Notes: generated by a model not told the origin, from the letters alone. A stretch of DNA of 64,000 bases from Minisyncoccota bacterium (GCA_041389025.1 JAWKSP010000001.1:2-64001), one strand, 5' to 3'. Counted from the stretch's first letter, positions 1 to 10,581 are shown. A program made the numbers and translations.

Positions 1-1206
1 AGTACCTATTGCTATCTTAATAGTTTTTCCGGAACTAGCGGTAGTTACCCCTTTATCGGTATATAAAGTACCGGAAATTGTAGGATTTGTTGATATTATT
101 TCTTCGCCACCAATAGTCCAAAAACCTGCACTATCTGAAGTGTTATTATAGATAGTTGTTACATCTGCAGACGTAAGAAAACCATCATATACTCTAACAT
201 CATCTATAATAGCTGGAAAATTTCTGTCAGCCGCTCCACCAAGAGTGTGCCCTATATAAAGAATACCGTTGTCAGAAACCGAACCAGAGAACGAACCAGA
301 ACCTACAAGAACACCATCAAGGAACAAGGTCACCGTATTTTTATCCCAAGTTCCCATTATATGATGCCAATCTCGATCACTATCAGCAAAAGTAGCGGTG
401 GCTCTATCAGCTCCTTCCATGATCCAACGTATAGTATTATTTACATAATAAATATTCCAACCACCAGCCCAAGAAGTAGAGTTTGTCTTGCCTAAAAAAG
501 AATCATAATTAGAAGGTGAAGACTGTGGTTTTGTCCAAAATGAAAAAGATAAACCGGTGGTACCAATTGAATTTATAGCTCCGATAGTAACATCATCATC
601 TGTACCATCAAAATCCAAAGCTCCATCAAGATAACCATCAACCAAGTCACCTGACGTCATTGAACCGGAAGTTGTTCCATGGTAATTGTTAGATGTACTA
701 TCATTCATTTGTGGTGCGGTACCGGAAGGGTCTTGTGATAAATTCCATACTCCAACCTCGTTTAAGACTCCATATACACCATTTTCATCACTTTGATCGG
801 TTGCTGATGAATTGCCATAATAAAGCAAAACAGTTTTGTCAGTAGTAGATGATACATCCATCGCTTCAAGATGAAGTACAAATTCCCCCGTTGTACTAGC
901 GTAAGACTCAAAATAAAAATCCAACAAAGAACCGCCGTCACTATTACAATCCGTTCCATCGGTAACTACCACATCAATTGGTAAATCATTGGTGACAATT
1001 TCTATCTTTCCAGAAGAAGAAGTGGCCGCCAAACTAGAAATCGTAGAAGTCGCCACCAAAGCAAATCCAGAAGTAGTGGTAGTAGCTATTTTGCTACTAT
1101 CCATGGTAAGAACCCGACAATAATTGTAATCGGTGTCGAACCAAGCAAAACCATTTGCCGGTATTTGCAAGAAAAGAAATATGATTATTGGTAGTATTTT
1201 TTTCAT
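1..1206 (-). CDS. Secreted DUF2341-like + LamG/concanavalin-like domain protein (3' end runs off window)
   Basis: Not in ORF track. Manual translation from ATG 1206: MKKILPIIIFLFLQIPANGFAWFDTDYNYCRVLTMD...LLYYGNSS...GVWNLSQDPSG...GALDFDGTDDDV, i.e. signal peptide, YYGN motif and LamG-type ALDFDG motif. Confidence 0.8.
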   Translation of the reverse strand, partial: MKKILPIIIFLFLQIPANGFAWFDTDYNYCRVLTMDSSKIATTTTSGFALVATSTISSLAATSSSGKIEIVTNDLPIDVVVTDGTDCNSDGGSLLDFYFESYASTTGEFVLHLEAMDVSSTTDKTVLLYYGNSSATDQSDENGVYGVLNEVGVWNLSQDPSGTAPQMNDSTSNNYHGTTSGSMTSGDLVDGYLDGALDFDGTDDDVTIGAINSIGTTGLSFSFWTKPQSSPSNYDSFLGKTNSTSWAGGWNIYYVNNTIRWIMEGADRATATFADSDRDWHHIMGTWDKNTVTLFLDGVLVGSGSFSGSVSDNGILYIGHTLGGAADRNFPAIIDDVRVYDGFLTSADVTTIYNNTSDSAGFWTIGGEEIISTNPTISGTLYTDKGVTTASSGKTIKIAIGT

Positions 1207-1269
1207 AATTAAGTAATTTTTTAATCTATTTTACTTATTGGTTTTATATCAAAAGTGTGTTTTTAGTGA

Positions 1270-4200
1270 TTAATTTTCAAGTGGTGGTATATCTTCATTA
1301 TTTTCTTTTAATTCATCTAACTTTTCCTTCCCTCCTTCCTCTTTTACTTCTACTTCTTTTTCTGACTCTATTTTTGGACTTTCCTCTTTTACTTCTATAT
1401 TTTCTATATTATTTATTTCTTCATCAACCTCATTCTTACTGATAGGAATATTGTCCTTTCCTTGTCCGGTATCAATTTTGTTTTGTCCTACATCACTATC
1501 TTGTGTCGGACTTTTTTTATTAGTATCTACTTCTAAGGTGGAAGTCGATTCACTTTCCTTAACTTCTATTTCTGGATTTTCAACCATACCCTCACCGATA
1601 TAGTTGTCAGTGACATTACTTGTACTACTGGTACTACTGGAATTATTTATATCTGTACCAACCTCATCACCATCCACTACTTCTTCATCTACATTTTCTA
1701 TGTAATCATCTTCCTTTTTATTATCATTATTACCAACTTCTTTATCTTCTGTTTTTTGATCAACTGATTCACTATCACCAGAAGACTTGTTTGTTTCTAC
1801 CGTACCATTATCCTGTGACTGGCTTTGTTCTAATAATTTTCTTAAATCATCACCATCCACACACACTCCATCCACACACAACTCATCTTTAACTTCTACC
1901 TTATCTGCTTTAAGTTTTAAAACTGACAATACGCCGTCAACAAAATTATTTGCCAATTGTACCAGTCTCTCCCAAACTGTTTCCTCAGATACACCAACCG
2001 TACTACTAGCACTAGCTTTTAGACCATCAATAACTGCCAACTGAATGTCATCTATATATCGATGTCTTATATCAACAAAAACAATCGCCTGCCCAACATT
2101 AACTATTTGTCCGTTTTCAATTACAACTGTCTGACTTGATTTTTTAGCTAGTTGCGCCAACGCTTCTAACTCATCTTCATACAATACTATAGCTTCTGTT
2201 TCTAAGTCTTCATTTTCATAATCAGAGTGGACACATTCTGCCTCATCAAAATTGCCGCCGCCGCTGTTGTAGCAACCATCATTTTGTTTTGGATCATTTT
2301 GTTTTTGTGGCACAAATACTGAATCAATTAGATCATCACCAAACTGATTTATATAGGTTTTAGAGTAAGCTTTAGTTTCATCAAAGTCTTCCAACGCCAC
2401 ACCAATAATACGTCCGGTAGAAGTAGCTTTCATCGCCACTCCAGGAACAGAAGAAAGCATAAGTTCATCACCAGCCTTAATTTCTCCATTTTCGTTGGAG
2501 AGTTTTATTGGTACACGACCAGATAAAGCCACTGGATAACCAGTCTCACCTTTGTTTAAAGACCGATCATCAAAACCAAGTAAGAGCCCTGGTTTAGTTG
2601 AGACTACTCCGATAATTTTATTTTTGTTATCACTATCAGCTCTACCGATAGACAACCCACCTTTAGTGTAAATAACATCACCTGGCTCAAGTATCTCCTT
2701 AGAAAAATACATTTCTGCCAAGTCAGAGTTGCCGGTATGATATGAAACAGCTGAAATCCGTCCGGTAGTGGAAGCATTACAGGAACCATCATTATCAACA
2801 CAAATACCCCCATAACCAACCTGAATACCGGCGTTTTGAGTAGTGGTTCCATTACCAATAGTAAGCATACCGTAAGGATCAACGGTAAACATTGAGGTAC
2901 CGGCGTTTTGTAGATCAATAAACTTAGAAGCGGTAGTAGAAGAAAATGAACCGCCACTGTTACCAAAATTCATCAATAAACCGGTGCCGGTAAAAGCTGA
3001 TGTGTCTTGGAATAATTTTAATAAAGCAGCACTGGTAATAGTGGATGAGTAACCACGAATCGCATTTCCTTGTGTACTTCCTCCTGTTTCAGCAAATACA
3101 CCGGCTGGTTCATAAGAACCTCCCGCGTCCCCAGAAGTTACTCCACGCACACCAAAAGTACGAGCAAAGCCGGACAAAGCAGTATTCTCACCAAGAGTAT
3201 TTGTCCCTTCGTCAGTTTGCACCTCAAGACCCCTAACAATATTTCCATAACTTGTACTATCATTGAGCCTAAGCATACTACCCACCATAGTAGTAGTAGC
3301 CGTGTTAGTGGCATATATATATGAACGATTAGCGTACTGAATTGCACTGGCAGTATTGTTGGTAAAGCTAAAATACTGATCAAGACCAGCAACCCCAGCT
3401 TCAGAGTAATTCAATTTTTCAATTGCTAAACGCGCCTCTGGTGTAGTGGTACCAATTCCAATGTTGCCACTTGATAAGGTAGTACCAGTACCATCTATTC
3501 CAGTACCGAAGATTAGGTTGCCGATATTTAGTTGGTTTGAACCGGTAGTGGAAGCAATATCTACGTCGTAACCGATGACGATGTTGTTAGCGCCGGTGGT
3601 TAGGTTGTCGGCGGCTTGATAACCAAGAAAGATATTGTTGGAAGCTCCGGTTTGTGCAGCATAGCCGGCGCGGTAACCGAGAGCGGTGTTGTTGACGGCT
3701 TGGAAGATACTTCCTCCATAGAAAGATTCGGCTCCGACTAAAACTGATGAGGTGGATTGTATATAAAGACCGGTTGAATAACCGATCATTTCGTTGTAAT
3801 TGCCGGTGTTGTTGTACCCAGAAAGACGACCTATAAAATTATTAGACGTACCGGTATTGTTATACCCAGCGCTTTGCCCATAAATATTATTACTATCTCC
3901 AGTATTGTTTGCTCCAGCACTGGCGCCAAAGATATTATTGTTGGCACCAGTATTGTTGGTACCAGCAAAATATCCAAATATATTGTTTGATAAACCAGTA
4001 TTATTCAACCCAGCTGAAGCTCCGATATAATTATTATAATCAGCATCGGTAGTAGAAGCATAACGACCAGCTTCATAACCAATCGCCACATTTACTAAGG
4101 TTTGGTTATTAAAGGTTGCACCAGCATTTTGACCAAACAAAATAGACCCGTTAGTACTAGAAGCGTAGAGGTAATTAGTACCACCAAAAGCTAAGTATGA

Positions 4201-6123
4201 TTGAGAGCCTAATCCTAAGTTGGTACCATCAAAAGTAAGGTTTGAAGAATCAGTCACACCAGTACCTCCACTATTAGTAAACAACAACCGGTTAGCAGTG
4301 TATGAAGAAATAGTGTCAGTGAGTCCAAGGAAAGTACCGTCTCCCAGACCTAGTCCGGAAGTCGAGATCCAGTCGGTGCCGGTGCCAGTACTGGAGAGGA
4401 TTTGACCTGCGGTGCCGGAGGCGTTGGTAGAGTCAAAGATAGCTCCGGTAATAAAAGTATCTCCAACAACTGTAAGTTTTGAAGATGGTGTAGTAGTACC
4501 AATTCCAATATTGCCACTTGATAAGGTAGTTCCGGTACCATCAATACCGGTACCGAAGATTAGGTTGCCGATATTTAGTTGGTTTGAACCGGTAGTGGAA
4601 GCAATATCTACGTCGTAACCGATGATAATGTTGTTAGCGCCGGTGGTTAGGTTGTCGGCGGCTCGGTAGCCAAGAAGGATATTGTTGGAAGCTCCGGTTT
4701 GTGCGGCATAGCCGGCGCTGTAACCGAGAGCGGTGTTGTTGACGGCTTGGAAGATTGTCGTACCAGCTCCACCACGGAAGGCTTGACCTCCGATGACAAC
4801 TGATGAAGTAGCTTGGAGGTTAAAACCAGTTTGGTAACCAATCATTTCGTTGTAATTGCCGGTATTATTAAGACCAGCCATATAACCAAACAGATTGTTA
4901 TTGATACCAGAATTATAAAAACCGGCACTTCTACCAATTATATTATTATAAGAACCCGTGTTGTTATAGCCAGCATATTGACCTATAAAATTGTTGCCAC
5001 TAAATAAAGTAGTGGAAGAAGCATACCTTCCTGCCTCAAAACCTAAAGCCACGTTATAGGTAGTGTTAGAGTCAAAACTAGCTCCAGCATTTTCTCCAAA
5101 GACTATAGAGTCATTAGTGGAAGAAGCATAAAGATAACGAGTGCCATTCCAAGCAATACCAGTAGTGGTACCAAGACCGAAATTTGTACCATCGAAAGTT
5201 AATGCTTCATCATCAGTTACTCCATTGGCTCCACTATTAGTAAACAACAACCGGTTAGCAGTGTATGAAGAAATAGTGTCAGTGAGTCCAAGGAAAGTAC
5301 CGTCTCCCAGACCTAGTCCGGAAGTCGAGATCCAGTCGGTGCCGGTGCCAGTACTGGAGAGGATTTGACCTGCGGTGCCGGAGGCGTTGCTACTATCTGC
5401 TAAAGTGCCAGCTATAGCTGCGTTGCCAGTAATAGTTAAATTACCATCAAGGTAAGAGTTTCCAACTACCGTAAGTTTATTATCTGGTGTGGTAGTAGCA
5501 ATTCCCACATTTCCATTATTTAATATAGTAAACATCTCGGTTGCACCACTAAACAAACTTATGAGTTTACCGGCACCGTTTTGAATTATTGTAAGTATGG
5601 CAGAACTACTAGTTGCTTCCATTATATCGCTATCGTCAGATCGTAAAAAAGAAGTAGTAGCTAAACCAGCAAAAGTATTTGCTGTCTCGGCCACAAATGC
5701 TGCTGGCACCGCACCCAAAACTTTTCTTGGACTCATTTCTCCATCCCAAGCCGGAGTACTAGTTCCACCAATTTCTACTCCCAAATAAAGTGTTTGATCA
5801 AAATCTAATCCATCCAAAGAAGATACTTCTCCAAGCATTACTGAAAACAAACCATTAGTAACCGAGACTTGATTCCCTCCCGTTCTTGCCTCAGACCAAA
5901 TAGCAGTTGAAGTTGCAGCAGTGCTTGAAGATAAGAGCCAGAAGTTCATATTGTAATCACCATCTGCCACTGCCACACCAGAAGAATCGGTAAGTTTTCC
6001 TTGATAATTTATTTGTTTATTAAATTGGGCTTGAGTGGAAAAAGTAGAAAATATAAAAACCAAAGTCAGCACAAATGTGCTTATGATTGAAAATTTTATT
6101 TTGTTTTTACGCAAAATTTTCAT
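1270..6123 (-). CDS. Large secreted repeat protein (tail-fibre/adhesin-like, Asn-Gly repeats, C-terminal DLAE..PGDV module, acidic tail)
   Basis: 1617 aa; signal peptide; INYQGKLTD N-terminal module; GNIGIGTTTP and NNxxGxxAG repeats; DLAEMY..EPGDV..IIGVVST..PVALSGRVP module; Glu/Asp-rich C-terminus. Confidence 0.8.
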   Translation of the reverse strand: MKILRKNKIKFSIISTFVLTLVFIFSTFSTQAQFNKQINYQGKLTDSSGVAVADGDYNMNFWLLSSSTAATSTAIWSEARTGGNQVSVTNGLFSVMLGEVSSLDGLDFDQTLYLGVEIGGTSTPAWDGEMSPRKVLGAVPAAFVAETANTFAGLATTSFLRSDDSDIMEATSSSAILTIIQNGAGKLISLFSGATEMFTILNNGNVGIATTTPDNKLTVVGNSYLDGNLTITGNAAIAGTLADSSNASGTAGQILSSTGTGTDWISTSGLGLGDGTFLGLTDTISSYTANRLLFTNSGANGVTDDEALTFDGTNFGLGTTTGIAWNGTRYLYASSTNDSIVFGENAGASFDSNTTYNVALGFEAGRYASSTTLFSGNNFIGQYAGYNNTGSYNNIIGRSAGFYNSGINNNLFGYMAGLNNTGNYNEMIGYQTGFNLQATSSVVIGGQAFRGGAGTTIFQAVNNTALGYSAGYAAQTGASNNILLGYRAADNLTTGANNIIIGYDVDIASTTGSNQLNIGNLIFGTGIDGTGTTLSSGNIGIGTTTPSSKLTVVGDTFITGAIFDSTNASGTAGQILSSTGTGTDWISTSGLGLGDGTFLGLTDTISSYTANRLLFTNSGGTGVTDSSNLTFDGTNLGLGSQSYLAFGGTNYLYASSTNGSILFGQNAGATFNNQTLVNVAIGYEAGRYASTTDADYNNYIGASAGLNNTGLSNNIFGYFAGTNNTGANNNIFGASAGANNTGDSNNIYGQSAGYNNTGTSNNFIGRLSGYNNTGNYNEMIGYSTGLYIQSTSSVLVGAESFYGGSIFQAVNNTALGYRAGYAAQTGASNNIFLGYQAADNLTTGANNIVIGYDVDIASTTGSNQLNIGNLIFGTGIDGTGTTLSSGNIGIGTTTPEARLAIEKLNYSEAGVAGLDQYFSFTNNTASAIQYANRSYIYATNTATTTMVGSMLRLNDSTSYGNIVRGLEVQTDEGTNTLGENTALSGFARTFGVRGVTSGDAGGSYEPAGVFAETGGSTQGNAIRGYSSTITSAALLKLFQDTSAFTGTGLLMNFGNSGGSFSSTTASKFIDLQNAGTSMFTVDPYGMLTIGNGTTTQNAGIQVGYGGICVDNDGSCNASTTGRISAVSYHTGNSDLAEMYFSKEILEPGDVIYTKGGLSIGRADSDNKNKIIGVVSTKPGLLLGFDDRSLNKGETGYPVALSGRVPIKLSNENGEIKAGDELMLSSVPGVAMKATSTGRIIGVALEDFDETKAYSKTYINQFGDDLIDSVFVPQKQNDPKQNDGCYNSGGGNFDEAECVHSDYENEDLETEAIVLYEDELEALAQLAKKSSQTVVIENGQIVNVGQAIVFVDIRHRYIDDIQLAVIDGLKASASSTVGVSEETVWERLVQLANNFVDGVLSVLKLKADKVEVKDELCVDGVCVDGDDLRKLLEQSQSQDNGTVETNKSSGDSESVDQKTEDKEVGNNDNKKEDDYIENVDEEVVDGDEVGTDINNSSSTSSTSNVTDNYIGEGMVENPEIEVKESESTSTLEVDTNKKSPTQDSDVGQNKIDTGQGKDNIPISKNEVDEEINNIENIEVKEESPKIESEKEVEVKEEGGKEKLDELKENNEDIPPLEN
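3439..4755. repeat. Near-identical ~270-bp intragenic direct repeat (3439-3708 and 4486-4755)
   Basis: Offset 1047 nt; both copies encode IFQAVNNTALGY...GNIGIGTTTP with a handful of substitutions. Confidence 0.9.
4266..5389. repeat. Perfect 161-bp intragenic direct repeat (4266-4426 and 5229-5389)
   Basis: Offset 963 nt; both copies encode NASGTAGQILSSTGTGTDWISTSGLGLGDGTFLGLTDTISSYTANRLLFTNSG; no mismatches seen by eye. Confidence 0.9.
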
Positions 6124-6128
6124 AAAAG

Positions 6129-6662
6129 TTATGGAATATTTGACTTATTATCTAACTCAACCTGATTAGTTTTATCTGGGATTAACACAAAAGGAAATTC
6201 TTTCGTATCGCCATTGTCTTTTTTAAAGGTTAAAACTCCGATTCTTTGATCCAAATACTCGACAGAAATGGGGTCAGAAAATAGATCAGATACTTTATTA
6301 AAATCATCTAAGTTTGATTTTTCCAAGAGCAGTAAAATACCTTCTGCAGCTGACTTCATCGATTCAATTCTAGTTTCATCTACAAATAATGGATAATCTG
6401 TAATGGTGGTAGTTTCTAAAATATTGTCGTTGTTATATGCAATAGTATTGTCATCTTTTTTATCAGCATAATCTTCATAATCAGATAAATTATCAGTATT
6501 CTCTAACACAGCTAACAAAGACACCATTTCTGTACCACGAACAACTTTTGTTAAATCAGTGAAGTTAGGAAAACTATAAAAAATTACTCCGACAAAGAGT
6601 CCTATTGTCACAACTGAAAAAGATTTTGTTAAAGACTCAATAGCTTGTTTATTTTTTTTCAT
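6129..6662 (-). CDS. Membrane-anchored hypothetical protein (probably the C-terminal half of the upstream HTH gene)
   Basis: N-terminal TM segment; overlaps upstream ORF at an A8 run. Confidence 0.55.
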   Translation of the reverse strand: MKKNKQAIESLTKSFSVVTIGLFVGVIFYSFPNFTDLTKVVRGTEMVSLLAVLENTDNLSDYEDYADKKDDNTIAYNNDNILETTTITDYPLFVDETRIESMKSAAEGILLLLEKSNLDDFNKVSDLFSDPISVEYLDQRIGVLTFKKDNGDTKEFPFVLIPDKTNQVELDNKSNIP

Positions 6663-6948
6663 AATGAACTTTATTTTTCAGCTCTGTCATTTTTTGACTA
6701 ATAAACATTTCCCTCTTTCTTTCGCTACGAAGTTTATGTTTTCTATTTATCTGCTCTAAGTTTACCCTTTCAATAAATTTGGAAAGTGAGTCAGGTTCAA
6801 TAAACCACTGCCTGCCAACTTGCACACTTAACACTTTTTTATCACGAGCTAACTTAGCTAAATAATCACGAGTATAAGGAACCCGCTTAGCAGCTTCTTT
6901 AAGAGAAAGATATGTATTATTTTTTATTTTGATTTGAGCAGTAGACAT
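6649..6948 (-). CDS. Helix-turn-helix (excisionase/MerR-like) DNA-binding domain protein
   Basis: YLSLKEAAKRVPYTRDYLAKLARDKKV..QVGRQWFI pattern. Confidence 0.75.
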   Translation of the reverse strand: MSTAQIKIKNNTYLSLKEAAKRVPYTRDYLAKLARDKKVLSVQVGRQWFIEPDSLSKFIERVNLEQINRKHKLRSERKREMFISQKMTELKNKVHYEKK

Positions 6949-7010
6949 GACTGATATAACTTTAATTATAAAGCCAAATCAGCTAAAAATCAGAATAAAA
7001 TGTTAATAAG

Positions 7011-7841
7011 TTATCGTCCTAAAATAATTTTTAGTTTATTAAAAAAATCAAAAGAAAAAATCGTTTTTTTAGTTAAAGAGTCATCAGTCACGGAAATAGA
7101 AAAATCAAAAAAAAGTATTGCTAAAAGTAATAAAAACAAAAGTAATAATACTAAAAAAGAAAAAAGCTTAAGTAAATAATTTTTTTTATGAACTAATTGC
7201 TTTTCCTTCACTGCATTTGGGGTTAAAGTTGAATTATTAGACGTAATTTTTTCTTTTTCAATAGATTTATTATTTTCAACTATAAAATCAGCTTTATTGT
7301 GGTCATTTTCTATAAAGTCATGGTCTTCAGATGAAATTTTTACCGGTCCTTTCATTAAAACCTCAGGCAAGTCTTCAGATGAAAAATCAGTAGTTTCGTC
7401 TTGTGAAAAACCATTTACTTTAACCGAAACGGCATCAGCCAAATCTATATTAATCTTTTTATTATCTAACTTTGGTAATAAATCTGATTCATCAATTTCA
7501 TATTTGACTGGTTTCCAATCAATTCTATTTATAAAATTTTTACTTTTTTCTTTAGCAAACTTAGTTGCTCTATTTGTTATTACAGGATTAACGTTTATAC
7601 GAGTTTTTGTTATTTTAGAATCTTCCTTAGCAATTTTATCGTTCTCACGAACTTTTTTGTAACGTGACTTTTTATGTTTTTCTAAAGAATCTAAATTTAC
7701 ATACCAACTACGGCCAACTAACTCAGCCTCTACCTTATTTTTACGGCAAAGTTGTCCAACGTAGTCAGTGGTATATTTAAACTTCTTAGCTAAAACGGTA
7801 GCTTTAATATACTCTTTACCATTTACTGTTACAGTATCCAT
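7011..7841 (-). CDS. HTH domain protein with C-terminal transmembrane helix
   Basis: EYIKATVLAKKFKYTTDYVGQLCR..VGRSWYV HTH; hydrophobic C-terminal stretch; start set at ATG 7841, 9 nt after TGnTATACT. Confidence 0.75.
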   Translation of the reverse strand: MDTVTVNGKEYIKATVLAKKFKYTTDYVGQLCRKNKVEAELVGRSWYVNLDSLEKHKKSRYKKVRENDKIAKEDSKITKTRINVNPVITNRATKFAKEKSKNFINRIDWKPVKYEIDESDLLPKLDNKKINIDLADAVSVKVNGFSQDETTDFSSEDLPEVLMKGPVKISSEDHDFIENDHNKADFIVENNKSIEKEKITSNNSTLTPNAVKEKQLVHKKNYLLKLFSFLVLLLLFLLLLAILFFDFSISVTDDSLTKKTIFSFDFFNKLKIILGR

Positions 7842-7910
7842 GTTAAATACAGTATAACAAAACACTAACAGTAAATACTGTTAGTGTTAACAGGGTTGTT
7901 TATAAATGCA

Positions 7911-9329
7911 CTACTTAGACAACTCTCTCCTTAAAAGATCTGCCAGTAAATTTGGATTAGCTGTTCCCTTTGTTTTTTTCATACCTTGACCAATTAGAAA
8001 CTGTAGCGAATTTTCTTTGCCAGAACGATATTCGCTTATAATATCTGGAAATTCACTAATTATCTCGGAAATAATAGGCAATATATCATCAGGGTTAGAG
8101 CTCTGTAACAAACCTCTACTTTCAGCTTCTTGTCTAGGATTAAAATCTGATTTAAATAATTCCTGAAGCAAATCTTTAGCTACTCTTGAATTAATTAAAC
8201 CTTCATCTATCATCGACATTAATTTGTAGAAATTTTCACTACTAAATTCTATCTTTAGATCATCATTCAATATTGACAAAACATCTGAAGTTAAATAATT
8301 GGCAGCCAACTTAATTATGTTACTAGAGTCTACTTCATTGCTTTCCACTAACATTTTTGAAAAAATTTTATCGAGCTCAGGTGTAGATATTAAAATTTCT
8401 ATCTGTTTACTAGGTATACCGATATCTTTATATTTTAAACGCTTATTATGTGGTAATTCTGGTAAAATATCGCTTAAACGAGATTTAAAAAAGTAAGGGT
8501 ATTCAGCAATTTTCATTTTTACAATATCTGGATCTGGAAAATATCTATAGTCCTTAGCACTTTCTTTAGTTCGCTGACTATAAGTTCTCAACTTTACCTC
8601 ATCCCAACCTCTAGTTTCTTGTTTTACAGTATCATTATTTTCAATAAGCGTAATCTGTCTTTTGATTTCATAATCTATTGCTAACTCAACAGATCGAAAA
8701 GAATTTAGATTTTTTACTTCAACTTTTGTGCCTAAATCTTCAGTTTTACTGACAGATATATTTGCCTCGACCCGCATCTCTCCTTTATTCATTTGTGCGT
8801 TTGATATATTTATTGTTTGCAAAATTAGTTGTAATTCTCTAGCAAATTTGCCAGCTAGGTTAGAATCATGAATGACTGGCTCAGTAACCAATTCCATCAA
8901 AGGCACTCCAGCTCTATTAAAATCAATCAAACTCACTCCGTCATGGTCATGTTGACTACGAGCAGTATCTTCTTCAAGATGTACTCTAGTTAATTCCACA
9001 CCACAAACAGAACCGCCAATTAAAAATGGATAAGCATATTGACTAATCTGATAGGCTTTCGGTATATCGGGATAAAAATAATTTTTACGATCAAACTCAG
9101 AATAGTTGGCTACTTTAGAATTAACCGCTTCACCAAATAAAAGTACCTTAGCAATTGCCTCCTCATTTGGCACAGGTAGTGTACCCGGATGTGCTAGGCA
9201 CACCGGACACACATTACTATTTGGAATGTTATCATGTGGATCATTTTTGCAACCACAAAACATTTTGCTTTTTGTTTTTAACTCAGCATGAACCTCAAGT
9301 CCGATTGTGGCAATATAGTTTGAACTCAT
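7911..9329 (-). CDS. gatB: Asp/Glu-tRNA(Asn/Gln) amidotransferase subunit B
   Basis: IGLEVHAEL, FDRKNYFYPD, DFNRAGVPLMELVTEP, DYRYFPDPD motifs. Confidence 0.97.
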   Translation of the reverse strand: MSSNYIATIGLEVHAELKTKSKMFCGCKNDPHDNIPNSNVCPVCLAHPGTLPVPNEEAIAKVLLFGEAVNSKVANYSEFDRKNYFYPDIPKAYQISQYAYPFLIGGSVCGVELTRVHLEEDTARSQHDHDGVSLIDFNRAGVPLMELVTEPVIHDSNLAGKFARELQLILQTINISNAQMNKGEMRVEANISVSKTEDLGTKVEVKNLNSFRSVELAIDYEIKRQITLIENNDTVKQETRGWDEVKLRTYSQRTKESAKDYRYFPDPDIVKMKIAEYPYFFKSRLSDILPELPHNKRLKYKDIGIPSKQIEILISTPELDKIFSKMLVESNEVDSSNIIKLAANYLTSDVLSILNDDLKIEFSSENFYKLMSMIDEGLINSRVAKDLLQELFKSDFNPRQEAESRGLLQSSNPDDILPIISEIISEFPDIISEYRSGKENSLQFLIGQGMKKTKGTANPNLLADLLRRELSK

Positions 9330-9606
9330 AATTATTTTTATTTATTTAATTTAACAGTCTAAGGTTAATAAATTTAATTTAATGTTTAAAAATATTTTAC
9401 TATATTTAACTTTAATTAAAATACAAGACATATATTATACGATATTGTAGATAATATTGTGTATATGATGTTTTATTTTTCTTTTTATAAAGAATTCTCC
9501 TGTAAACAGTAGCTATTATATTGATTTATTTTTTTAGATATCAATACAAATTAAGTAAAAAATTATCTTTAATTCTCTATAATACTTACTATATTGTAGA
9601 TTAAAG

Positions 9607-10581
9607 TTATTTTTTAGATTGACGAAGATATTTAATTAACTCATCATTGAGATTTTTAATACCATAACCTGTTTTTGTAGATATAACAAATACACGATTC
9701 TCAATTTTGTCAAACTTATTTTTAATACCGTCAATTAAGTCTTTATTTACAACGTCTTTTTTAGTTAAAATAATCCATTGTTCCTTATCTTTTAGCGACA
9801 TATCATAGCTACTTAACTCTTTGATTATGGTCTGGTAACGTTTAAAAACGTCTTTTTCATCTAACGCAATCAAATGAAGTAGCATTTTTGTATGAGTAAC
9901 ATGACGTAAGAAAGTGTGCCCCAAACCTTTACCTGTAGCCGCTCCTTCAATTAAACCCGGTATATCAGCTAATACAAAACCATAAAAATCTCCCAAGTGT
10001 GGTTCAGTTGTAGTGAACGGATAAGAACCGATTTTTGATTTTGAGTTTGTTAAGGTATTTAATAAAGTTGATTTACCAGCATTAGGAAAACCGACCAATC
10101 CAACATCCACAACTAAAGAGAGTTTTATTTCTAACTCCCCTTCTTCCCCTTTGTTACCTTTAGTTGACTCGATTGGGGCACGATTAGTTGATGATTTGAA
10201 GTATTCATTTCCTATCCCCCCTTTTCCACCCTTAAATATTTTTTCAGATTGATTATCTTCAGTAAACTCATATACTCTTCCTCTTTTTAAGTCGGTTACA
10301 ATAGAGCCAACTGGTACTTCTATGACTAGATCTTCACCATTTTTACCAAAACGGCTAAGTGACCCTCCACTCTCTCCGTCACTAGCAGAAAATTTTTTTA
10401 CTCCTGTATATTTAGAAAGTCGATTTACATCTCTAACTGCTGTCATTAATACACTACCACCGTTGCCACCGTTGCCACCAGCTGGACCAGCTTTGGGTTT
10501 AAATTTTTCATGACGCCACCTAACCACACCGTCACCACCATCACCGGCTTTTGCATATATCTTTATTTGGTCTACAAACAT
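9607..10581 (-). CDS. obgE: GTPase ObgE/CgtA
   Basis: MFVD..AGDGGDG Gly-rich Obg fold, GFPNAGKST, YPFTT, DIPGLIEGA; start at ATG 10581. Confidence 0.96.
   Translation of the reverse strand: MFVDQIKIYAKAGDGGDGVVRWRHEKFKPKAGPAGGNGGNGGSVLMTAVRDVNRLSKYTGVKKFSASDGESGGSLSRFGKNGEDLVIEVPVGSIVTDLKRGRVYEFTEDNQSEKIFKGGKGGIGNEYFKSSTNRAPIESTKGNKGEEGELEIKLSLVVDVGLVGFPNAGKSTLLNTLTNSKSKIGSYPFTTTEPHLGDFYGFVLADIPGLIEGAATGKGLGHTFLRHVTHTKMLLHLIALDEKDVFKRYQTIIKELSSYDMSLKDKEQWIILTKKDVVNKDLIDGIKNKFDKIENRVFVISTKTGYGIKNLNDELIKYLRQSKK

Noticed and set aside
3439-4755. Diversity-generating retroelement TR/VR pair in the adhesin repeats
   Set aside because: Differences include C/T changes and are not adenine-specific; both copies are in-frame within one gene; no reverse transcriptase is in the window.
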